NCBI GenBank assembly: GCA_951406725.2
Contig: OX597824.1
Span: 51,832,001 to 51,896,000, forward strand
Source of the DNA: Octopus vulgaris
Taxonomy: Eukaryota
DNA: 64,000 bases
Direction: 5' to 3'
Positions 1-14,241 of this stretch are shown here, piece after piece. The stretch's first letter is position 1. Every line of letters begins with the position of its first letter. The position numbers and the translations under genes are program-made. A model generated the notes under the pieces. It made no database searches, had not been told where the DNA came from, and was given only the letters and a program-made list of their open reading frames with translations.

Positions 1-253
1 AATAAAACAGAGTTTGTGTGTGTCTATGTGTGTGCGTACGTATGTTCCTTATGGATTAGAAAACTGAGTTGCCGATTTTGACGTATGATGTATCAAAAGA
101 TTCAGTAATTTTTCAGCTACCGAATAAAGTATACTTTTTGCACAACTTTTTGCTACAAGAATAACCTCCAAAGCGAGCTCGGGTCGCACAGTTTTGACGT
201 TTTTAGCTAAGAGAGGCAACTTAAAATACATGGAATTGTTCAAGTTACCTGTG

Positions 254-296
<43 letters not shown>

Positions 297-746
297 GCTG
301 TGATGAAAAAAGTACTTTTTCTCAGAATATTTTGCACAACAATTTTTAAAGAAATCTAGACATCTTTCTTACTGCTAACCATTCAACTTCAAATTACAAT
401 TGTTAATTGTTGGAAGTCAAGTACATTGAGATGTATATATATTGTTATTGTATAGAATGGAAGTTCAATACGAAGTTTTGAATTCATTATCTTGTGGTTA
501 ATAATCCATTACCCTAAATTTGCAGCCATTAAGTCTTTAAACATTATTTTCCTGGGCTTAGTCTTTCGACTGTCGCCATGATGGGGTACTACCTTCAAAA
601 ATTTAATTTTTCATACTGACCTCAGTACGTATTTCAATCTGGCATTTATTTTATAGACCTCTGCTTGATGAACTACTAACTTTGAAACATGTTGGGACAC
701 AATACTCAATTTAACAATAAATGTAAACATACACACACACACATCT

Positions 747-896
747 TAGGTGCCAGGATGACTGTGGTTGAGACGTTTGCTTCCCAACCACATAGTTTCA
801 CTTCAATCCCTCTGCTTGGTACTTTGGGTTGGTGTTTTCTACAATAGTCCTAGGCCAATCAGAGACTTGTGACTAAATTTGGTAGACGGAAACTGC
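747..896 (+). mobile_element. tRNA-derived SINE fragment (family with ...TTTGGTAGACGGAAACTG 3' part); reverse-strand relatives at ~12090-12160 and ~15697-15812
   Basis: Decayed A/B-box-like head and a body shared with the two reverse-oriented copies in the window. Confidence 0.65.
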
Positions 897-1026
897 AGCG
901 TTGTTCATAAGAAAATGACCGAAGAACATGCTTATAAAGAAGAGTTGTTTGCTTCATACTCCTCGTGCGCCTATTCTACTAATAAGAAAGGAACAAATGA
1001 TGCAATGTTGCTGTAAGTCATAAGAC

Positions 1027-1054
1027 ACGGGCAACGCCGGGCTGCAAAGCTAGT
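1027..1054 (+). mobile_element. Helitron-type 3' end (GC hairpin then CTAG|T)
   Basis: CGGGCAACGCCGGG hairpin-like motif followed ~8 nt later by CTAG (1050-1053) and T. Confidence 0.55.
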
Positions 1055-1098
1055 ATAAGATAACATAATATAATATAATATAAATATGCGTATCTAGG

Positions 1099-1132
<34 letters not shown>

Positions 1133-1708
1133 TGTATATATATACATATATGTATATATATATATATATGTATATGTATATATATGTGTGTGTGTGTGTA
1201 TGTGTTATGCCAATAGACATACACACATCCTTTCACCAGCCATTTAGAAACATTTGTATATTTAAGCGTAAGTACGTATAAACACTTACACATAAGTGTG
1301 CACATACATACACACAAATGCAAACACATACTTCCAAATATATAAATATATACATCCATAGATCTTCCAATTTAGCATGTGCGTGTCGGTATTGAAACCT
1401 TATGTAGTTATATGTAGAAGCAGATGTGCGTGTACAACAGTGTCTTTATAACCTTTTATTTATACTTAACATATATCTGCCCACATAAACATATTTATTA
1501 ACAACAAGGCACCTAGTTTTCTATGATTCCAAATATGGTAAACGTGAATTACCAAAAAAACCTCAACATCTTCGGAGTTGGCAGAAGGAATGGGTACGGA
1601 AAAAGCAGAAATATCGTAAAATCACGACAAAACTCTTTTTCATATAGAGCAGTTATTTTACTTACGTCAAGGAAGTTTGAAAAACAGCTACTAGATGCGA
1701 ACACATGT

Positions 1709-1764
<56 letters not shown>

Positions 1765-1904
1765 GCACGCACGCAAACAGACAAACACATACACACACAC
1801 GTACAAACATACGCGCATACACTCACACACACACACACAAACATGCATGTATACATACGCACTCTCTCTCACACACGAAAGTGAATATATACCTAAACCC
1901 ACAT

Positions 1905-2445
1905 AAACCTTTCTGCCTTAGGCACATGGCCTGGAATTAGGGGCAAGGGGCTAGTCGATTAAATCGACACAGTACACAACTGGTACTTATTTCACAGACT
2001 CTGAAAGGATGAAAGGCAAAGTGGACCTCGGTGTGGTACCTAAACCTGTATAACGATGATATAATTGTTGTTAAATTTCGATACATATGTTATTTTTTAT
2101 GGCACGCGGGATAACAATTATAAAGTAAAGTCGACATCGGCAGATTTTGAACTCAAAATGGAAAAAGCCAGAAGAAACGCTGCTAAGCAATTTGTACGAC
2201 GCGTTAACGATTCTGCTAGCTCACCACTTCAATAATAATAGTTTCAAATTTTGGCACAAAGCTAGCAATTTCTTTGGAGTTGGGCAGTCAGTTACATTGA
2301 CCCCAGTGCTCAACTGGTACGTATTTCATGGACTCCGAAAGGATAAGTAAAGTCGACCTCGACGGAGTTTGAATTCAGAACGAAGACATAAAATGCCGCT
2401 GAGCATTTTTCCGAAGTAATAACGATTTTGCCAGTTCGACGACTT

Positions 2446-2485
<40 letters not shown>

Positions 2486-2940
2486 GCAGCAGCAGCAGCA
2501 ACAACAGCAGCAGCAGCAACAACAACATCAACAATAATAATAATATTCCTTTCTAAATAAAGGCACAAGACCTGAAATTTGAGCGAGGGGTGCAGTCGTT
2601 TACATCGACCCCAGTACTCAACTGGTACTTATTTTATCGACTCCGGCAGGATGACTGGCAAACTCGACCACGGCAGAATTTGAACTAGAACATAAAGACG
2701 ATTGAAATATCGCCGGGCATTTCGCCCAGTGTGCTAACGATTCTATCAGCTAGGAGCTTTGACAATTATACAAATAACAACAACAACAATAATGGTTTCA
2801 ATGTTTGCCATAAGGGTAGCCAGTTTGAGGGAGGGGATAAGTCAATCACATCGATTCAAGTGTTTCACTGGTACTTAATTCATCGACCCCAAAAGGATGA
2901 AAAGCAAAGTCGACTTCGGCGGAATTTGAACTCAGAACGA
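1905..2940 (-). mobile_element. Cluster of ~5 truncated copies of the dominant tRNA-derived SINE (family 1)
   Basis: Repeated GTCGACCTCGGCGGAATTTGAACTC (reverse B box) and CGACCCCAGT...AACTGGTACTTA motifs. Confidence 0.85.
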
Positions 2941-2945
2941 GAATT

Positions 2946-3392
2946 ATAAAATCCTGAGGGATGTAATGATCCAGTGCGATCACCTAACCAGACATCGGAA
3001 ACTGGACATTGTTGTGGTGAATAAAACAGAAATAATATGTATGACTATCGACATAGCATGCCCCTGTGACAACTGGATCAATGTGAAAGAAGAAGAAAAT
3101 ATAAACAACGATTTAAAGTGAGAAGTACGAAGGTTGTGGTCAATGAAGAGTAGACGTGATGCCAATAGTAATTGGTACACTTGGAAGTATCAGCACTCAA
3201 CTACCAACATGGCTGAAAAAGATCGGTGCAAGTGTGAAGGTAGAACACCTACAAAACTCAGCATTGCTTGGAACTGCAAGAATTCTTCGTAGGGTTCTTG
3301 AAGCATGACAGTAAACAAGTGTCACCTTAGTCTGTTGGCTGTGGACAGCTGACACTTTCCATCAGCAAAATAAGCTGTGAGTTTTATATAAT
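2946..3392 (+). pseudogene. R4/Dong-like non-LTR retrotransposon 3' fragment (REL endonuclease + 3'UTR), family A
   Basis: Decayed KIL.D..IQCD....HRK.DIVV, IDIACP.D, KEEE, PIVIG.LG, ALLGTARILRRVLEA*; followed by (AAT)n. Confidence 0.85.
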
Positions 3393-3411
3393 AATGATGA
3401 GGAGGAGGATG

Positions 3412-3549
<138 letters not shown>

Positions 3550-3565
3550 GAAAACAACAAAAATA

Positions 3566-4888
3566 ATGACAGGATCTAGGATGCATCACCCAAAATCTGA
3601 CATAGAAAGGCTATATATACAAGGTATAGAAGGTGGTAGAGGCCTTATAAAGCTGGAAAAGTACTATAAAATAATCACCATAGGACTCCAAAAATGCCTA
3701 CTTCAGAAACAAGGAAAACTGATACAAATAGCGGCAAAACAGTAGCAAAACAAAAAATTGTTCTCAGTATTTAAGGAAGCTGACAAATACAAACAAGAAA
3801 TCATACCACCTAACAAATTTGAAGAAGAAGAAGAAGAAGAAGAAGAAGAAGAAGAAGAAGAAGAAGAAGAAGAAGAAGAAGAAGAAGAAGAAGAAGAAGA
3901 AGAAGAAAAAGCTATAAAGCAAATGAAATCCAAACTAAAACTATAAATGAAACCCAAACAAAAGCTATAAAGCAAATGAAATCCAAACTAAAACTAGAAC
4001 AGCAATGGACTATTATAAAACGATGGCAAGAAAAGCCCCTTCATAGCAAGTACTGGACTAAACTAAATGCAAAAGAAATAGACAAAGAAAATCCCAGCAG
4101 TGGTTGAGAAGCTCAGGACTCAAAGCAGAGACAGAGGGATTTTTAATTGCAGCACAAGACCAAAGCCTCCCCACCATAAATTACCAACACATGTAATGAA
4201 AAGAAATATAACAAGTGACTGCAGAATATGTGGAGATGGACAAGAAACAAGAAATCATATTATCTCTGGCTGCCCAGTCCTGGATAAGAAGGAATATTTT
4301 CACAGACACGACAGAGTTGGGACTTACATACACTGGAAGCTATGTCAACATTATGGAATAACAACAGAAAAAAGATGGTATAGGCACACACCAGAAAAGG
4401 TCACAGAAAACGAGAAAGCAACCATACTCTGGGATATGTGAATACACACAGATAGAGAAATTAAGGCCAACAGACCAGATATAGTTGTCAGAGATCATGA
4501 AGAAAAAAATGCTTTCTAATTGATGTATCAATACCAGCAGATGACAACGTTTCTCTAAAAGAAATGGAGAAACTTTCAAAATACAAAGACATGGAAATGG
4601 AGGTGACTAGAATGTGGAACCTAAAAACAGAAACAATTCCTATCATAGTGGGTGCATTGGGCATGATAAAAAATATTCAGACAAATACATAACAAAAACA
4701 CCAGGACTTACAATCACATATAACATACCGAAAATTGCACTACTAGGCACTGCACGCATCCTACGCAGAACACTTTCAATACAGTAACCATCAGAGCATC
4801 ACAACGAATCACAGCACACACACAAGGCCCACAGAGCTGCGCTCGGTAGTGAAGTGAAAGCACGCTATAAAAATAAAACTACTGAATG
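3566..4888 (+). pseudogene. R4/Dong-like LINE, 5'-truncated, family B (RT thumb, CCHC finger, REL endonuclease)
   Basis: MHHPKSDIERLY...EGGRGL, CRICGDGQETRNHIISGC, RPDIV, ALLGTARILRRTLSIQ*; stops and frameshifts; (AAT)n on both sides. Confidence 0.9.
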
Positions 4889-4958
<70 letters not shown>

Positions 4959-4959
4959 T

Positions 4960-5890
4960 AATTGGCAAACAGGATATTGGCTTATTGGCTTATTGGATGC
5001 GAACACAGCATTAGAGCAAAAGAAAACAACAAAGCATGGTATGTAAAAAGTGTCAAAGAACAGCTAATATTAGAAGTAGGAAGGTCAGACCTGTGTAGGA
5101 TGAATGATTGCAAAGATAAAGCACTGTTCAAGCAATTGAAAACGAGTAAAACTGATAATAGGTGGGTAAAGAAAAGAATGCATTGATGATTTCATAGGGA
5201 TGTTAAAGATAAGACAGAGAAAAATGATGGCTGTGGATGACTAAAAGTGATGTAAAACCGGAAACAGAGGCTGTAATCTGTGTTGCCCAAGAGCAAGCGC
5301 TAAGAACAAGCTACATAAAGTGATAAGTGCAGAATCTGTGGATAAAATGGTGAAGCCGTATGGCATATTACCAGCCAATGTACACCACTAGCCCAGAAGG
5401 AATATAAGAAACGCCACGACAATATAGCAAGGCTTATCCACTGGACACTTTGCAACAAGTATGAACTTAACAGAGCCAAAAATTGGTACGACCACAAACC
5501 CAAAGGTATCATCGAAAAAGATAATGCAAAGATCCTGTGGGATTTTATGATTCAGTGTGACAATGAGATAGAGAATAGGAAGCCGGACATAGTCTTAATT
5601 GAGAAAGGAAGCAAACTATGCTAGATCATAGATATAGCATGCCCAGTTGACAAAAAAGTATGCGATAAAGAAGAAAGAAAATTCGATAGATATGGCAGGT
5701 TAGCTTGGGAGGTGCTCGATGATCCATGAATGTGCAATTATATCACAAGCTTTACGATAGTCAATCAAGGCCATCCCCAAATGTGTTCTTCGTTTACGAC
5801 CTTGCTTTACCATAATTGATCGTTGGTACTTCTGCATCTCCCCCTTGCATCCTCTTTGTTCCGTCTGTAATAGATCGTTCTCTCTCATTG
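4960..5890 (+). pseudogene. R4/Dong-like LINE fragment, family C (4960-5712), with an inverted RT piece (5713-5890, minus strand)
   Basis: KPETEAVICVAQEQALRT, RRHDN, KILWDF.IQCD, KPDIV on +; EQRGC...LGMALIDYRKA.D...HSWI on -. Confidence 0.8.
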
Positions 5891-5913
5891 GTATTATTAT
5901 TATTATTATTATT

Positions 5914-6408
5914 ATTCAGTAGTTTTATTTTTATTTTTATAGCGTGCTTTCACTTCACTACCGAGCGCAGCTCTGTGTGCCTTGGGTATGTGCTGTGATT
6001 TGTTGTGATGCTCTGATGGTTATTGTATGGAAAGTGTTCTGCGTAGGATGTGTGCAGTGCCTAGTAGTGCAATTTTCTGTATGTTATATGTGTTTGTAAG
6101 TCCTGGTGTTTTTGTTATGTATTTGTCTGAATATTTTTTTATCATGCCTAATGCACCTACTATGATAGGAATTGTTTCTGTTTTCAGATTCCACATTCTA
6201 GTTACCTCTATTTCCAGGTCTTTGTATTTTGAGAGTTTCTCCATTTCTTTTAGAGACACGTTGTCATCTGCCGGTACTGATACATCAATTAGAAAGCATT
6301 TTTTTCTTCATGGTCTCTGACAACTATATCTGGTCTGTTGGCCTTAATTTCTCTATCTGTGTGTATCGGCATATCCCAGAGTATGATTGCTTTCTCGTTT
6401 TCTGTGAC
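5914..6408 (-). pseudogene. Second copy of family-B REL-LINE 3' end, near-identical to 4400-4888
   Basis: ORF 6020-6259 KEMEKLSKYKDLEIE...ALLGTAHILRRTLSIQ; (ATT)n at both ends. Confidence 0.9.
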
Positions 6409-6409
6409 C

Positions 6410-6497
<88 letters not shown>

Positions 6498-6562
6498 CTT
6501 CATCATCATCATCATCATCATCGTCGTCGTCGTCGTCATCATCATCATCATCATTGTTATTG

Positions 6563-6594
<32 letters not shown>

Positions 6595-6810
6595 GAGTGA
6601 GAGAGCGGCGCTTGCCATCAAAATGACACTGGAGTGCAATTATACGAAGCCCAATATACCCATCATAACTATCCGTCTGATATGTGGTACATCAAGCACC
6701 TGCATCACAACCATATGTGTGCGACATGGTAACTTAATATCAAAATAAACAGAACTTTCTTCGAGTCGAATAGCCCATCCTGCTCAGAATCTCCCTAAAT
6801 AAGGGTTGTT
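6595..6810 (-). mobile_element. Partial copy of the non-coding (AAT)n-flanked element seen full length at 48372-49178
   Basis: GAGTGAGAGAGC...CCATCAAA.TGACACTGG is the reverse complement of 49140-49178. Confidence 0.75.
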
Positions 6811-6811
6811 T

Positions 6812-8546
6812 GAAGATGATGTGGTGTTTGAAATTGCGAGGAATGTAATGTGTTTCCTGAAGAGAAGTATGGTGGGGTGGAAAACTGAACTGACATCTCA
6901 CAGAAAAAGCTTGGGCACTCTGGGTATCAGAAGTGGGATTTTTCAGGATGATAGTTTGTCTCCGTTACATGATACCCGTGTTTTCAGGAGATACCCTTGA
7001 CTTTGGTACTTAGGAAAATGAACCTGGAGTATCAACTAATGGGAAAATCACAAACAACCACCCAATTCCTTTTCATGGATGATTTGAAACTGTATGGCAA
7101 GGATGAGACACAAGTGGGTTCCTTGGTTAACACGGTCGATTTATTTAGAACTGATACTAGAATGAAATTTTGACTTGAGAAGTGCCGAATAATCTACCCA
7201 AAAAGAGGCAAGGTACAGTCCCTAGCAGAGGTAGAATAACTGAACAGAGACTTGATTAAGCAAATTGAAACGGAAAGTTACAAATACCTCGGTGATTTAG
7301 AGTTCAACGAGATAATGGAGAAGGAAATGAAATAGCAATTGATGATGGGTTATTTCAGAAGACTATGGTTGGTGTTGTGCTAAAAATTGACTGGCTGGAA
7401 TAAAACCAAGCAGTTAATACGTGGGTGATAGCATCACTTCGGTATGGAGCGGTAATTATAAAATGGCAAAAGAGAGAAATGAAGAAGATGGATAACAAGA
7501 CCAGAAAAATGTTGACAGTACACGGAGCCTTCCACCGTAAGAGTGACACCGATAGGCTGTACTAGGCCAAAATAAATGGTGGGATAGGTCTGATTAGTTG
7601 CGAGAACTGTATCGAAGCAGAGAAAAGCCGTGGAGCCAGTGTTGAAACATACGAAAGCCGGCACCAGCAGAACTGAAAATTGTGTAACTAAAGAAAGATT
7701 TAAAGAAGAAATGAACAGAAAGAAAGAAAAAAGCATGAAACTGAAAAAATGTACGGTCAGTTTGCAAGAGATGTGAACGCGAACGCGGATACAGAGGACC
7801 AGTGGTTATGGATGAAGTGGAGTGACCTGAAGATAGAGACAGAAGTACTCATATGCGCAGCTGAAGAACAAGCGTTAAGGACCCACTATGTGTAGCGCAG
7901 AATAGACAACACTACTGACAGTGACAAATGCAAAATGCGTGGCGAGAAAGGTGAAACGGTGTGACATCGCTAGCGAGTGCCCGAAATTGGCACACCTCGA
8001 ATATAAAAGACGCCAATGACAATGTGGCAAAAATGAATCATTGGGAGCTCTGTGGAAATCATAGCCTACAAAGAGCAAAGACGTGGTTTAAATAAACCTC
8101 AGAAGGAGTCACCGAGAATGAGAATTGCAAAATCCTGTGTGGGATACAATGATCCAGTGCGATCACCTGACCAGACATCAGAAACCGGACATTGTTGTGG
8201 TGTATAAGAACGAAAGAACATGCATGATAATCAGCATAGCGTGTCCCGGTGACAATAAGATCAATGTGAAAGAAGAAGAAAGAAATAAACAACTATGACG
8301 ATTTGAAGTGGAAAATATGAAGGTTGTCGTCAATGAGGTGAGTAGACGTGATACCAATAGTAATTAGTGCACTTGGAAGTATCAGTACTCAACTACCAGC
8401 TTGGCTAACAAAGATTGGTGTAAGTGTGAAGGTAGAACACCTACAAAAATCAGCATTGCTTGGAACTGCAAACATTCTTCGCAGAGTTCTTGAAACATGA
8501 CCAGTAAACAAGTTTCACCTTAGTCTGCTGGCTGTGAACAGCTGAC
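6812..8546 (+). pseudogene. Longer decayed R4/Dong-like LINE, family A (RT core to 3'UTR)
   Basis: GIFQ.DSLSP, FMDDLKLY, YKYLG, HRKSDTDRLY, AEEQALRT, RHQKPDIVV, ALLGTA.ILRRVLE*; 3' end matches 2946-3392. Confidence 0.88.
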
Positions 8547-9159
8547 GCAGGACTGTCAAAGGACGAAATATCACAAGCTATGTTCTTCGATGCTTTACTA
8601 ACATGCAATTTGCTTTTTTTTTTGTAATCTATGTTACTCAACATTATATATCTTCCCTTATATGTCGTTTAAAACCTGAAATATGCCTACAACTGTCTAC
8701 ATTATGCATGGATAGCCTTTTACAATAAGTGGGACGAATGAGACATGGCTCATTATCCGACGAACCTTAGCACTAGAAGAAGATTCAAATTTTATTCAAA
8801 TTTAAATAAGTGTCATTTTCCTTGTGAAATTAGTAGTACCATGCAGAAAGTCCCGTGGGCCGCAATTTACTCATGACAGGTTTACGTAATTATGCTTATC
8901 ATAATGAACGTGTATGCAGATCCTCCATCTTTAAGCAAGAGCATGAATAAGTTAGATTTCCAGAAACGAAAGTGTAATGTTGATGTGTGGGGAGTTAACA
9001 TTGGAGCTAAGACTTCCTGTCGGCGATCTATATAACTTCATAACAAACTGAGTGTTAGGCTATCACGATGTATACAAATTACAGAAAGTGATGAAAAATA
9101 TGTTCCATAGGAGCGCGCACGAGTGTGTGTGTATATGTGTGTGCTTCTGTGTATATATG

Positions 9160-9219
<60 letters not shown>

Positions 9220-9271
9220 CATACACACACACATATATATATGTATATATATACATACATATATATATATA

Positions 9272-9345
<74 letters not shown>

Positions 9346-9393
9346 GTGAATTGAAGAAATGGAGCTGAACGAAGATTGAACAGAAATCGTTTT

Positions 9394-9484
9394 ATTTCAT
9401 TCTACACGTGTTTCGAAAGGCACAATTTACCAAAATCCGATTGAATAATGAGACCATATTGTGTCTTTCTCTTCAGGAAGAAAT
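9394..9484 (-). ncRNA. Type I hammerhead ribozyme with canonical core and long stem II
   Basis: Minus strand reads AUUUC-UUC / CUGAAGA / GAAAGACACAAU..AUUGUGCCUUUC / GAAA / CACGUG / UA / GAA-U-GAAAU; GUA site predicts cleavage between 9403 and 9402. Confidence 0.8.
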
Positions 9485-9729
9485 AGGAAATCCGTTGGAA
9501 AAAACAAAAACAGAACAGAGGCGGAGCAAAACAAATCGAACTAGGCTCCTAAGAGCCCATGGCAAATGTTTATCAGTGTATGTTGAGAACCGGTGGTTGA
9601 AGATTTTAACGGGTCAGGCGGCGGTCATTCCTGTGGGTGGGGGTGTGTAGATGTTCTTTGTGACCGAGAATAAAGTTCTGACTATTTAAAGAATATTGGA
9701 TGTATTATAAGGGGCGAGAAAAATATCTA

Positions 9730-9960
9730 AGTACGAAAATAAACAAAAGACGAAGGCAGGTGGTGTACAAAACAAACAGATGTATTAGTATAGCACTGAG
9801 GAATAGAAAAAGTCTTTTACGTTTCGAGCCTACGCTCTTCTACAGAAAGGTACACAGAAAAAACAAGGAGAGAAACAAGGAGAGAAACAAGGAGAGAAAA
9901 AAATGTGTGTAGTGGCTAACGATCTATCATGGCGTCTGACTCGGACAAAATGGTCAGACG
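9730..9960 (-). mobile_element. Short Penelope-like non-autonomous unit with a minimal hammerhead (9814-9849, core CUGUAGA)
   Basis: Homologous to 17604-17793 (+) and 29519-29714 (-); CUUU-CUGUAGA-A-GAGC GUAG GCUC-GAAA-CG-UA-AAAG. Confidence 0.7.
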
Positions 9961-10202
9961 GGAGGGGGAAAATAATAATAATAATAATAATAATGAGAGA
10001 GAACGGGAGAACGATCAAGCGGATTATTATGTGTGTGTGTGTGTGTGTCTGTCTGTGTGTGTTTGTGTGTGTGTGTGTAGAGAGAGAGAGAAATAAAGAG
10101 AGATGTTAAAAGATAGATAGTTAGATAGATACGTAGGTAGACAGACAGGCAGACAGACAGACCAATAGATAAACAGACAGACAGGCAGACAGACAGACAG
10201 AC

Positions 10203-10261
<59 letters not shown>

Positions 10262-10311
10262 CAGACAAACAGTCAGACGTAAAGGCCTAAGGTAGAATAA
10301 AAAGAAACATA

Positions 10312-10770
10312 AGGCGGCGAGCTGGCAGAAACGTTAGCACGCCGGGCGAAATCCGTAGCCGTATTTCGTCTGCCGCTACGTTCTGAGTTCAAATTCCGCC
10401 GAGGTCGACTTTGCCTTTCGTCCTTTCGAGGTCGATAAATTAAGTACCAGTTACGCACTGGGGTTGATGCAATCGACTTAATCCGTTTGTCTGTCCTTGT
10501 TTGTCCACTCTGTGTTTAACCCTTTGTGGGTAGTAAAGAAATAGGTATTTCGTCCGCCGTTACGTTCTGAGTTCAAATTCCGCCGAGGTCGACTTTGCTT
10601 ATCGTCCTTTCGGTGTCGATAAATTAAGTACCAGTTACGCACTAGGGTCGATATAATCGACTTAATCCGTTTGTCTGTCCTTGTTTGTCCCAAGTACCAG
10701 TTGCGTACTGTGGTCTATCTAATCGACTGCCCCACCTCCAAAATTTCGGGCTTTGCCTTGAGTAGAAAAA
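10312..10770 (+). mobile_element. Tandem family-1 SINE array (one full copy + internal re-duplications)
   Basis: GGCGGCGAGCTGGCAGAAACG (A box), GAGTTCAAATTCC (B box), body repeated. Confidence 0.9.
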
Positions 10771-13443
10771 AGTAAAAAGAAATTTATCTTTCATTTGCCA
10801 GACAACTGCGTTATTGATTACACCAACGAGGCTCAGCACCATCAAATCTATGCATGCATGTATGTATGCACATGTATGCCTACACACATATGTATGTGTA
10901 CGTGCATACATGTTTATGTGTGTGTTTCTATATGTTGTTTCTGTGTGAGTATGTGTGCGGGTGTGTGTATGTATGTATATATGTATGTATGTTTGTGTGT
11001 GTGTGTGTGTATATGTGTGCTTGTGCATGTATGTATGTATGCATGTATATATGTATGCATGTATGTATGTATGTATGTATGCATGCATGCATGTATGTGT
11101 GTATGCTTGTGTATGTGTGTGTGTATATGCATGTATGCATCGCTGGCTGTATGACTGGCTGGCTGGCTGTATATTCTTTACTCTTGAATTATGTATCAAA
11201 GCTGACAAATGCAGACCCTAATGAAATCTTCAATTAAAAAAGAAATGGTTGAAAAAAGTACCTTAAAGAAGCGCCAAATGGTTTAAAACGTACGCGCGCA
11301 CACGCATATACACAGGCGCACGCACACACGCGCACTCACACACATACATGCACGCACACACACGCACACACACACACACACGCACCAATGTCATATACAT
11401 ATATGCATAAATACGCCTCGATGTCTGCCTACACACAATAAAAAAGATAAGTAACTTAAATAAACTGACTTCACAAGCACCGACTTTGATTTTAATAAAG
11501 ACTTGAAAGACTGGACATAAAAAGGAACATCTTCCATTGTTGCTTTTTTTCTTGTTTGTTTACATTGTTTTCTAACCTTTCTCTATCCTTTTTCTTTCCA
11601 TTCATCCATACATTCATTCATTCATTCATTTATTTCCAGTCATCTATTCATTCATTCATTCATTCTGCCTCCCTGTTTTTTCTGTCACTTTCTCTCTTAT
11701 TTATTCAATTATTTGTAGTGTCACCCTATCTGACTGAATCGAATATATAATCGGTTTACCAGCCAAACGAGGGATGCTTCATATCCCGTTAAAGGCGATA
11801 CATCCATAAAAGACATTTAATCATCTGCTTAATTCATCTTTCAAACGAATAGGTGTAATGAGTAGGTGAAATAGATGATTGTTCTTGGAAGCGATATTGG
11901 TTAACTTAAACCTCAGGTAGTTTAAGAGAGAAAGGGGGAAAGAAAGACAGAGAGAGTGGAGGGCAGGGAGAGAAAGAGAGGGAGAGCGGGAGACATGGAG
12001 AACAGAGAGAGAGAGAGAGAGAGAGTGTGTGTGTGTGTGTTTGCGTGTGTGTGGCATGCTAGGTCCTTTCACTTACAAGTACGCTCAGCCGGGCTTCCGT
12101 ACAGTTTCCGTTAACCAAATCTCACTCTCAAAATTTGTATTAATCAGTGATTGCAGTAAGAGAAAGTTAACCAAGGTCGAAACTAACTGTCGTTGGCGAC
12201 CTGGATGAACTTCAGCGTCCTTACAAGTATAATGTTTAAAAATTCTGTCAGAGAGTAAAACCAACAGATGCAGGAATAAGAGACGAAAATGAAAAATAAC
12301 TTTTTTCTATTTTTAAAAATTTCACATTTTTCTGTTTGTGCATCAAATATCTCAAATATACGACATGATGTATGCGAGCATTTGGCTCCTCATTTTCTGC
12401 CTGAGCTGCAGGTCTCTTTAACTGGTTTTGCACTTACCTGTGATGTAATGTAATCGAACTTCAAGACTGACCAGCGAAATTCACCATTTGGTCACACCCT
12501 TCAAAACTCATTCTCTTATTCTTGAACACTGATTTCCTCATTCACTAATATATCGATTATATGTGGAAATCAGTCATTCAAAGGCAATTTGAAAACCATT
12601 CAACAATTAAAGATAACATAACTGAATATGACATCTAGTCCTATTTTCTTTAATGCATACTTTGTTATGTGTAACAATAGTCAGTTCAAGAGCATTTTGT
12701 TGACAATTGGTTTCTATCCCGGGATGTTTGTGAATATATGTAAGTATATGTATGTTTGACTATGTGTGTGCGTTTGTGTGTGTGTGTGTGTGTGTGTGAG
12801 TGTGGTATCAAAATGTATTCATATTTGAAGAGTTCATTATTAGCGACAGAAGCACTACTACGTCATAATAGCAGACTATATTATACCAATGATATATCTG
12901 CTTAAAGCAGATATATCATTAAAAGCCTGCTAAACTGCGGTACTCGTCTCACGAAAGCATCTCTCATAGACATACATTGTTAAAAGAAACACTATAGTGG
13001 CCGATTTTCTCTTAGTAGGTGGTTCTAGAGTATACTAGCGACTGACGAACCTCAAAGAAGGAGAAATACATCTTTAGCAATGTCACAACCGTTGCTGGAC
13101 GATTTTCGTCCACTGCTGAGATATATTTCAATACTTTTTGGTACTTTAACAGGCTTTCAACGATATATCTACATTGAGTATTATATACAAATTAATATTT
13201 GAAGAGTGGATACAGAGTAAGTGACTGTATCTTAAAATGTGAATGAGCATCAAGTTTAGGAGTTGAAGAAATAGACCGAGCAAATATCTCAGCAAATTCG
13301 ACACACCTTATTTCTAACGCGACAATGTTGAAAATTTAAGGTATTTACAGCATAGTAATAGGCTTGAAAGTATGCAGGCGGGTATGCATGTACGTACGTT
13401 GGTATGTATATATTTATGCGTATATATATATATATATATATAC

Positions 13444-13478
<35 letters not shown>

Positions 13479-13614
13479 CATATGTGTGTGTGTGTGTGCG
13501 TTCATACAAACATACATATGTATATATATATACTTATATATAGACACACACATACATTCGTACATCCATAATACCAATACCGCACACACATACACATATG
13601 CATTCGTCCGTGTG

Positions 13615-13660
<46 letters not shown>

Positions 13661-14028
13661 CGCGCGCGTGTGAGTACCCCTCATCTTTTGTAAAATGTCG
13701 GTCAGAAAACTGACCAGTAGTTCAGTGTCGACATTTGGCTTTAAAACCAGACATAAACGTTTCAACAAGTACATGTTTATATCCCAGTGGCTTTGATGAA
13801 ACACTGCCTATTCAAACACGTACATAGTATACATAGTGTACGCGCAAACACACACGCACACACACACACACTTAAATATATAGGTATATATTGACATACA
13901 TAGACAAATAGCTTTAAATAGTTTCTATCGAAACGTGTTACGGGCGATCTTTAAACATTGCTTATACAAGCAAATATTACCTGAGTTTGACATGGAAATA
14001 TATACCTTTCGACCGATACATACATACT

Positions 14029-14120
<92 letters not shown>

Positions 14121-14201
14121 TTCGTTCAAATTAAACTTCAACAGTCAATATCAATTACTGAGTGTTAGTATGCGTGTGTGTGTTTGTATGATTGTTTATT
14201 T

Positions 14202-14241
<40 letters not shown>

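Noticed and set aside
1905-2940. Recurrent SINE motifs as a CRISPR-like array or tRNA genes
   Set aside because: Irregular spacing, no cas genes, no cloverleaf; ordinary SINE copies
12360-12520. Signal-peptide-like MMYASIWLLIFCLSCRSL* and a minus-strand CAG|GTAAGT donor
   Set aside because: Immediate stop; no continuous open frame into the donor
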